DNA of 64,000 nt from an uncultured Acidimicrobiaceae bacterium (GTDB lineage Bacteria; Actinomycetota; Acidimicrobiia; Acidimicrobiales; RAAP-2): assembly GCA_963841885.1 (NCBI GenBank), contig CAWJEK010000016.1:30586-94585 (forward strand), read 5' to 3'. The position numbers and the translations under genes are program-made. The notes under the pieces are model-generated. The model ran no database searches. It was given only the letters and a program-made list of their open reading frames with translations, and was not told the origin of the DNA. Shown one piece after another: positions 56,759 to 64,000 of the stretch. The first letter of the stretch is position 1, and every line of letters begins with the position of its first letter.

Positions 56759-58470
56759 TGTTCCAGAACTACCTCGAAGTCATCATCCTCGTCGTCCTGC
56801 TGGCGATCTCGACCCCCCTGCTGGGGTCGTACATGGCCAAGATCTTCATGAACGAGAAGGCGCCCGGCGACCGGTTCTTCAAGCCGATCGAGCGCCTGGC
56901 CTACCGGGCCACCGGGGTGAACCCGGACGGCGAGCAGCGGTGGACGGTCTACGCCATCTCCGTGCTGGCCTTCTCGTTCGTCTCCGTCGTCGTCCTCTAC
57001 GGCATGCAGCGGCTCCAGGCCCATCTGCCGTTCAACCCGGACCACCTGGGCACCGTGTCGGCTCCCCTGTCGTTCAACACCGCGGCCAGCTTCCTCACCA
57101 ACACCAACTGGCAGAACTACGCGGGTGAGGACACCATGTCCCAGTTCACCCAGATGGCCGGTCTGGTGGTGGAGATGTTCACCTCGGCCGCCGCCGGCAT
57201 CGCCGTGGCCGTGGCCCTCATCCGCGGGCTCACCCGCAACAAGTCCAACACGCTGGGCAACTTCTGGGTCGACCTGATCCGGATCATCACCCGGGTCCTG
57301 TTCCCGATCGCCATCATCGGCGCCATCGTCTTCATCGCCCAGGGGGCGGAGCAGAGCCTCCACGCCAGCCACGCCATCACCACCCTGACCGGTCAGACCC
57401 AGAACATCCCCGGGGGACCGGTGGCCTCCCAGGAGGCGATCAAGCAGCTCGGCACCAACGGCGGCGGGTACATGAACGCGAACGCCGGCCACCCCTATGA
57501 GAACCCGACAGGGCTGACCAACCTCGTCAGCAACTGGCTGCTCCTGTGCATCCCCTTCGCCCTGGGCTGGACCTTCGGCAAGATGGCCAAGGACCGCAAG
57601 CAGGGCCTGGCCGTCCTGGGGGCCATGGTCGCCCTGTGGGCCATCGGCGCCGCCCTGGTCATGCCCCTCGAGGCCAACGGCAACATCCACATCGGCCAGG
57701 CCCACGTCTCCCAGACGGTGAGCGACACGTCACCGGGCGGCAACATGGAGGGCAAGGAGGTCCGCAACGGCCCGATCGTCTCGGCCCTGTTCAACTCCTC
57801 GTCCACCGGCACCTCGACCGGGTCGATCGACGCCGCCAACGACAGCTTCACCCCGCTCGGCGGCGGCGTCCTCCTCTTCAACATGCAGCTCGGCGAAGTG
57901 AGTCCGGGCGGTGACGGCTCCGGGCTCTACGGCATCCTCCTGATGGCGCTGCTGGCGGTGTTCATCGCCGGCCTCATGGTGGGACGGACACCGGAGTACC
58001 TGGGTAAGAAGATCCAGGCCCAGGAGATGAAGCTGGTGGTCCTCTACCTGTTGATGGTCCCCTTCGTCGTGCTGCTGTTCACCGCCATCTCCGTGGTGAT
58101 GCACTCGTCACTGGCGTCGATCGAGAACCCCGGGCCACACGGCCTCACCGAGGTGACCTACGCGTTCACGTCGGCGTCCAACAACAACGGGTCGGCGTTC
58201 GCCGGGCTGAACGGCAACACCGACTGGTACAACACCACCCTCGGGATCTGCATGCTGGTGGGCCGGTTCGCCCTGATGGTGCCGGTCCTGGCCATCGCCG
58301 GGTCGCTCGGTCGCAAGCAGAAGGTCCCGGCCTCGGCCGGCACCTTCCCGACCGGCACCCCCCTGTTCGCCGTGCTGGTCGCCGGCATCGCCGTCCTGAT
58401 CGTCGGCCTCACGTACTTCCCGGTACTGGCCCTCGGTCCCATCGTCGAGCACCTCGTCGGAAAGTTCTGA
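56758..58470 (+). CDS. kdpA: K+-transporting ATPase subunit A
   Basis: 570 aa starting at MFQNYLEV. Typical blocks [17 protein letters not shown] and NNGSAF. Confidence 0.95.
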   Translation: MFQNYLEVIILVVLLAISTPLLGSYMAKIFMNEKAPGDRFFKPIERLAYRATGVNPDGEQRWTVYAISVLAFSFVSVVVLYGMQRLQAHLPFNPDHLGTVSAPLSFNTAASFLTNTNWQNYAGEDTMSQFTQMAGLVVEMFTSAAAGIAVAVALIRGLTRNKSNTLGNFWVDLIRIITRVLFPIAIIGAIVFIAQGAEQSLHASHAITTLTGQTQNIPGGPVASQEAIKQLGTNGGGYMNANAGHPYENPTGLTNLVSNWLLLCIPFALGWTFGKMAKDRKQGLAVLGAMVALWAIGAALVMPLEANGNIHIGQAHVSQTVSDTSPGGNMEGKEVRNGPIVSALFNSSSTGTSTGSIDAANDSFTPLGGGVLLFNMQLGEVSPGGDGSGLYGILLMALLAVFIAGLMVGRTPEYLGKKIQAQEMKLVVLYLLMVPFVVLLFTAISVVMHSSLASIENPGPHGLTEVTYAFTSASNNNGSAFAGLNGNTDWYNTTLGICMLVGRFALMVPVLAIAGSLGRKQKVPASAGTFPTGTPLFAVLVAGIAVLIVGLTYFPVLALGPIVEHLVGKF

Positions 58471-58481
58471 GAAGGAGTCAG

Positions 58482-60566
58482 ATGACATCCACCCTCGAAG
58501 TTCCGGACGCCCCCCAGCAGGAGGTCGGTTCGGGCAGCCCCAAGCGTCGCTCGGCGACGTTCAACGCCACGATGGTCCGCCGGGCGCTGATCGACTCGGT
58601 CGTCAAGCTCAGCCCGCGCCACATGATGTCCAATCCGGTCATGTTCGTGGTCGAGATCGGCTCCGTACTGACCACGTTCTACCTGATCCGCGACTTCGGC
58701 ACGGCGTCCAATTCGGAGAACGTCTTCGCCCTCAGCATCGTGGTCTGGCTGTGGTTCACCGTGCTCTTCGCCAACTTCGCGGAGGCGGTGGCCGAGGGCC
58801 GCGGCAAGGCCCAGGCCGACACCCTGCGCAAGACCCGGGCCGAGACCGTGGCCTACGTGCAGCGCGGTGACGACGTGGTCGAGGTGGCGTCGAGCCAGCT
58901 CCAGCTCGGCGACCTGTGCGTGGTGACGCCGGGTCAGCTGATCCCGGGCGACGGCGACATCGTCGAGGGGATCGCCACCGTCGACGAATCGGCCATCACC
59001 GGCGAGTCGGCCCCGGTCATCCGCGAGTCCGGCGGCGACCGGTCGTCGGTCACCGGTGGCACCCGGGTGCTGTCCGACCGCATCGTGGTCAAGATCACCT
59101 CGAAGCCGGGCGAGACGTTCCTCGACCGCATGATCGCCCTGGTCGAGGGGGCGAGCCGCCAGAAGACCCCCAACGAGATCGCCCTGGACATCCTCCTGGC
59201 CGGCCTCACCATCATCTTCGTGTTCACCGTGGTGTCGCTCCAGCCCTTCTCCATCTACTCGGGGGCGCAGCAGTCCATCATCGTGCTCATCGCGCTGTTG
59301 GTCTGCCTCATCCCGACCACCATCGGCGCCCTCCTCTCGGCCATCGGCATCGCCGGCATGGACCGCCTCGTCCAGCGCAACGTGCTGGCCATGTCGGGCC
59401 GGGCCGTCGAGGCGGCCGGCGACGTGTCCACCCTCCTGCTCGACAAGACCGGCACCATCACCTTCGGGAACCGGCGGGCCGACGTGTTCGTGCCCATGCC
59501 CGACGTCGAGCAGCACGAGCTGGCCGCCGCCGCCATGCTGTCCAGCCTGGCCGACGAGACGCCCGAGGGCCGGTCGATCGTCGAACTCGCCGAGACCCAC
59601 TACGGACAGACCGTCGTGGAGGTGCCGGACGCCGAACTCGTGCCCTTCACGGCCCAGACCCGCATGAGCGGCATCGACGTGGACGGGCGCTCCATCCGCA
59701 AGGGGGCGGCCGACTCGGTCCGCCAGTGGGTCGAGTCCCAGGGTGGCACCGTCCCGGTCGACCTGGCCCCGGTGGTGGAGGCCATCTCCAACGGCGGCGG
59801 CACGCCGCTGGTGGTGGCCGACGGACCCCGGGTGCTCGGCGTGATCCACCTGAAGGACGTGGTCAAGCCGGGTATCGCCGAGAAGTTCGTCGAGATGCGC
59901 AAGATGGGCATCCGCACGGTCATGATCACCGGGGACAACCCGCTGACGGCGGCGGCCATCGCCGCCGAGGCCGGCGTCGACGACTTCCTGGCCGAGGCCA
60001 CCCCCGAGGACAAGATGGCCCTGATCAAGGCCGAGCAGTCCGGTGGGCACCTGGTGGCCATGACCGGGGACGGCACCAACGACGCGCCGGCGCTCGCCCA
60101 GGCCGACGTCGGGGTGGCCATGAACAGCGGGACCCAGGCCGCCAAGGAGGCCGGCAACATGGTCGACCTCGACTCCAACCCGACCAAGCTCATCGACATC
60201 GTGGAGATCGGCAAGCAGCTCCTGATCACCCGGGGATCGCTCACCACGTTCTCCATCACCAACGACGTGGCCAAGTTCTTCGCCATCATCCCGGCCATGT
60301 TCGTGGGCGTCTTCCCGGCCCTCCACACCCTCAACATCATGCACCTGAGCTCACCCCACAGCGCCATCCTGTCGGCGGTGATCTTCAACGCCCTGATCAT
60401 CGTGGCGCTGATCCCGCTGGCCCTGCGCGGTGTGAAGTTCCGGGCGGCGAGTGCGGCGTCGGTGCTCCGCCGGAACCTCCTGATCTACGGGCTCGGCGGT
60501 TTCATCATCCCCTTCATCGGCATCAAGCTGATCGACATCATCATCACGGCGATGGGAGTCAAGTAA
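58482..60566 (+). CDS. kdpB: K+-transporting ATPase subunit B (P-type ATPase)
   Basis: DKTGTIT phosphorylation motif, MITGDN and [16 protein letters not shown]. Confidence 0.95.
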   Translation: MTSTLEVPDAPQQEVGSGSPKRRSATFNATMVRRALIDSVVKLSPRHMMSNPVMFVVEIGSVLTTFYLIRDFGTASNSENVFALSIVVWLWFTVLFANFAEAVAEGRGKAQADTLRKTRAETVAYVQRGDDVVEVASSQLQLGDLCVVTPGQLIPGDGDIVEGIATVDESAITGESAPVIRESGGDRSSVTGGTRVLSDRIVVKITSKPGETFLDRMIALVEGASRQKTPNEIALDILLAGLTIIFVFTVVSLQPFSIYSGAQQSIIVLIALLVCLIPTTIGALLSAIGIAGMDRLVQRNVLAMSGRAVEAAGDVSTLLLDKTGTITFGNRRADVFVPMPDVEQHELAAAAMLSSLADETPEGRSIVELAETHYGQTVVEVPDAELVPFTAQTRMSGIDVDGRSIRKGAADSVRQWVESQGGTVPVDLAPVVEAISNGGGTPLVVADGPRVLGVIHLKDVVKPGIAEKFVEMRKMGIRTVMITGDNPLTAAAIAAEAGVDDFLAEATPEDKMALIKAEQSGGHLVAMTGDGTNDAPALAQADVGVAMNSGTQAAKEAGNMVDLDSNPTKLIDIVEIGKQLLITRGSLTTFSITNDVAKFFAIIPAMFVGVFPALHTLNIMHLSSPHSAILSAVIFNALIIVALIPLALRGVKFRAASAASVLRRNLLIYGLGGFIIPFIGIKLIDIIITAMGVK

Positions 60567-61357
60567 TGCGTCGTCAACTGCTCACCTCGGTGGCCATGAT
60601 CATCGTCCTCACGCTGGTCTGCGGCCTGGGCTACTCGCTGGTCATCACCGGCATCGGCCAGGCGGCCTTCGGCCACCAGGCCAACGGGTCCTTCGTCCAG
60701 CAGAACGGGAAGGACGTCGGCTCGTCGCTGATCGGCCAGCCCTTCACGGACGCCAAGGGGAACCCGGTGGCCAAGTACTTCCAGTCCCGCCCGTCGGAGG
60801 CTGTCACCAGCTCCGCCACCGACAACATCACGGTGGGGGAGGCCTCGAACCTGGGCCCGTCGAACCCGCTGCTCATCGGCTTCATCCCGGGCGTGAACTC
60901 GGTCGGACTCGACGGCAACCCTTCGAAGACGAATCCGTTCGCCACGCCCGCCGACCCCTTCTGCGTGCCGGTGACCGACGACTCGTCCGAGACCCCGGTG
61001 GTCGCCCCCACCCCCGGCGAGAAGTTCGCCCGGAACTCCGACGGCACCTACGTGTGCGATCCGAACACCGTGCCCGAGCGGGCCATCGCCTACCGCCAGG
61101 AGTTCGGCCTGGCCGCCGACGCCGAGGTGCCCGTCGACGCGGTGACGGCATCGGGTTCCGGACTCGATCCCGACATCTCCATCGCCAACGCCGACCTGCA
61201 GGCGCCCACCGTGGCCCGGGCCCGGCACCTCCCGCTCGCCACCGTGCGGCAGCTGATCACGGAGCACACCACCGGGCGTAGCCTGGGGGTGCTCGGCGAC
61301 CCCGGAGTGAACGTGCTGACCCTGAACATCGCCCTCGACAACCTGAGCGCGCACTGA
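60566..61357 (+). CDS. kdpC: K+-transporting ATPase subunit C (longer than the usual ~200 aa)
   Basis: N-terminal TM anchor ([18 protein letters not shown]), GSSLIGQ.F and ASGSGLDPDIS blocks. TAATG overlap with kdpB. Confidence 0.85.
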   Translation: MRRQLLTSVAMIIVLTLVCGLGYSLVITGIGQAAFGHQANGSFVQQNGKDVGSSLIGQPFTDAKGNPVAKYFQSRPSEAVTSSATDNITVGEASNLGPSNPLLIGFIPGVNSVGLDGNPSKTNPFATPADPFCVPVTDDSSETPVVAPTPGEKFARNSDGTYVCDPNTVPERAIAYRQEFGLAADAEVPVDAVTASGSGLDPDISIANADLQAPTVARARHLPLATVRQLITEHTTGRSLGVLGDPGVNVLTLNIALDNLSAH

Positions 61358-61392
61358 TCGTGCGCCCCCGGACCAGCAGCCGGTAGGTCGAG

Positions 61393-64000
61393 ATGGCGCG
61401 CGGCAAGCTCCGCCTGTACCTCGGGGCCGCCCCCGGCGTGGGCAAGACCTACGCCATGCTCAACGAGGGCTGGCGCCGCCGCCAGCGCGGCACCGACGTG
61501 GTCATCGGCTGGGTGCAGGACCACGGCCGCCCTCAGACCGACGCCCAGATCCGCGACCTGCCGATCTTCCCGCGTCGGACGGTGGAGTACCGCGGCCAGA
61601 CGTTCGAGGAGATGGACCTCGAGGGGCTGCTGGCCCGCAGACCGGAGCTGGTGCTGGTTGACGAGCTGGCCCACACCAACATCCCGGGGACGGGGAACAC
61701 CAAGCGCTGGGAGGACGTCGACGTCCTGCTCGACGCCGGCATCAACGTCATCTCGACGGTCAACCTCCAGCACCTCGAGTCGCTGAACGACGTCGTCGAG
61801 CGGATCACCGGCGTGGCCCAGCAGGAGACCGTGCCCGACCGGGTGGTCCGGGCCGCCGACCAGATCGAGCTGGTCGACATGGCCCCCGAGGCCCTGCGCC
61901 GCCGCCTGGCCCACGGCAACGTCTACCCGCCGGAGCGCATCGACGCCGCCCTGGGCAACTACTTCCGGGCCGGGAACCTGACCGCCCTGCGCGAGCTGGC
62001 GCTGCTGTGGGTGGCCGACCGGGTCGACGAGGAGCTCCACGACTACCGCGAGCGCCACGACATCGCCGGGGCGTGGGAGACCAAGGAGCGCGTGGTGGTG
62101 TCCATCACCGGCTCACCGGGCAGCGCGGTGCTGGTCCGCCGGGCGGCGCGCATGGCCATGCGGACCAAGGCCGAGCTGGTCGGCGTGCACGTGCGCACCG
62201 ACGACGGGCTGTCGGACTCCGGGGGTGAGGGGCTCACCCGCAACCGGGCCCTGCTCGACGACCTCGGCGGTCGCTTCGTCGAGGTGGTGGGTGCCGATGT
62301 CGCCCCGGCGCTCGTCCAGGTGGCCCGGGCCGAGAACGCCACCCAGCTGGTCATGGGGGCCACACACCGCAGCCGCCTCTCCGAATTCGTCCGGGGTTCG
62401 GTCATCAACTCCGTGATCCGGGCCGCCGGTGGCGCCCTCGACGTGCATGTCATCGCCACCGACGCCGCCGACGGTTCCGAGCAGCCCGACGACGTCCGGA
62501 CCCGCCCGGCCGGGCGCCCGGGGTCGGGCAGCCGCGCTCCTGTCGCCCCTGTCGACCCGCCGTCGCCTCGCCGCCGTGCTCCTCGGGATCGTCGGCTTTC
62601 CGCTGCTCACCCTGCTACTGACGTCGACGGGCAGCCACGCCGACCTGTCGACCGCCCTCAGCTCGTACCTGCTCCTGGTGGTGGCCGTGGCGGCCACCGG
62701 TGGCGTGTGGCCGGGATTCGCGGCCGCCATCGTCGGGTTCCTGCTGTCCAACTACTACTTCGCGCCCCCGGTCCACACCTTCACCATCGCCGACGCCCGG
62801 GACGTGCTGGCGCTGGCGATCTTCCTGGTGACGGCCGGCGTGGTGAGCATCCTCGTCGACGTCGCCGCCCGCCGGACGGCGGCCGCCGTCCAGGCGCGGT
62901 CGGACGCCCGCATGCTGGCCCGGGTGGCCGGACGCCTGGTGTCACCCGAGGGCAACCCGCTGCCGGCCCTGATGGACGAACTCGTCGTCGCCTTCCGGCT
63001 GGAGTCGGCCGCCATCCTCCGCCAGGGCACGGTCGCCGGGGAGGAGGAGTGGCGGACGGTGGCGTCGGCCGGAACGGCGCCCCTCAGCACGCCCGAGGAC
63101 GCATCCCTGACGCTGCCCCTCACCGACCTGGACGTGCTGGCGCTGCAGGGACCGGGCCTGAGCGCCGAGGACCGTGACATCCTGGCCGCCTTCGCCGCCC
63201 AGCTGGCGGCCGCCCTCGAGAGTGACCGGCTCCATGCCGAGGCGGCCGAGGCCGACTCCCTGGCCCGGGCCAACCAGCTCCGCTCCGCCCTCCTGGCCGC
63301 CGTCAGCCACGACCTGCGGACCCCGTTGGCCTCGATCAAGGCGGCGTCGTCCAGCCTGCTCTCCGACCAGCTGCAGTTCGGGCCCGAGGAGACGGCCATC
63401 CTCCTCCACACCGTCGACGACGAAGCTGACCGACTCAGCGCCCTGGTGGAGAACCTGCTCGACATGAGCCGACTCGAGACGGGGTCGATGGACGTGCTCC
63501 GACGGACCGCCGACGTCGAGGACCTCGTCGGAGCGGCCATGGCCAGCCTCGGGCCCCGGGCCCAGGGGGTCGTGGTGTCGATCGAGCCGGGCGTGCCCAT
63601 GATCGAGACGGATCCGGCCCTCGTCGAGCGGGTCGTGGCGAACCTGGTCGACAACGCCCTGATCCACGGGTCGGGGGCACCGGTGAGGGTGGAGGCGGGG
63701 ACGGTCGCCGGACATGTGGACGTGCGCGTCATCGACCACGGTCCCGGCATTCGCCCGGCCGACCGCGAGCTGGTGTTCCGCCCCTTCCAACGCCTGGGCG
63801 ACACCGAGAACCGTTCCGGCGTGGGCCTCGGGCTCGCCGTCTCCCGGGGTTTCGTCGAGGCCGTCGGCGGCGAGCTCGACCTCGAGGACACGCCGGGCGG
63901 CGGGTGCACGATGGTCGTGCGGCTCCCCGTGGCCGAAGACCACACCCCCACCATCATCGACGCCGACCTGGACCCCGACGTGGTCGTTCCCGACGCCGAG
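61393..64000 (+). pseudogene. kdpD: sensor kinase KdpD, one frame break; 3' end beyond the window
   Basis: The N-terminal KdpD and Usp domains (LRLYLGAAPGVGKTYAML...) are in one frame, up to ~62500. The TM/DUF4118, HisKA (AVSHDLRTPL) and HATPase (GVGLGLAV) parts continue in the +1 frame with no stop before 64000. This frame is not listed in the ORF track. Confidence 0.8.

Overview
The window is a high-GC (roughly 70%) chromosomal segment with actinobacterial hallmarks: HemQ, F420-type PPOX enzymes, a SARP regulator, a DUF222-HNH gene, a DinB-type protein and many GTGA/ATGA start-stop overlaps. Gene density is high, with about 75 genes, mostly housekeeping or accessory metabolism. Recognisable units, in order:
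- an envelope-glycan-like cluster (methyltransferase, Mo-oxidoreductase, polytopic membrane protein, DUF2064, GT2, epimerase; 1.1-7.9 kb)
- punA
- a secreted protein with an internal duplication
- a signalling block (coiled-coil protein, GAF-GAF-PAS class III cyclase, SARP-ATPase-TPR regulator; 14-21.4 kb)
- a stand-alone groEL with a canonical CIRCE operator
- a translationally coupled hemQ-larE-NIL-methyltransferase operon
- a small lower-GC decayed island (tRNA 3' fragment, TA-like cassette plus a degenerate copy, collagen-like tail-collar protein; 28.2-30.5 kb)
- a PspC-type LiaFSR-like envelope-stress system
- a detoxification-type gene set with a marR-GNAT operon
- trxA, an FKBP lipoprotein, larC-larB, pheA and tRNA-Ser(UGA)
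- a catabolic-looking block (FAD monooxygenase, TetR, carotenoid oxygenase and others)
- kdpFABC plus kdpD, which runs off the 3' edge.

The most pervasive oddity is at least 16 reading-frame breaks in about 12 otherwise well-conserved genes, mostly inside G/C runs. I read these as assembly indels rather than biology, but that needs checking. No CRISPR array, rRNA, integrase or transposase was found. I cannot point to a clear novel multi-gene system. The best leads are the split lar (nickel-pincer cofactor) genes without larA, the larE-NIL coupling, the decayed island, and several short tandem repeats at regulatory positions.
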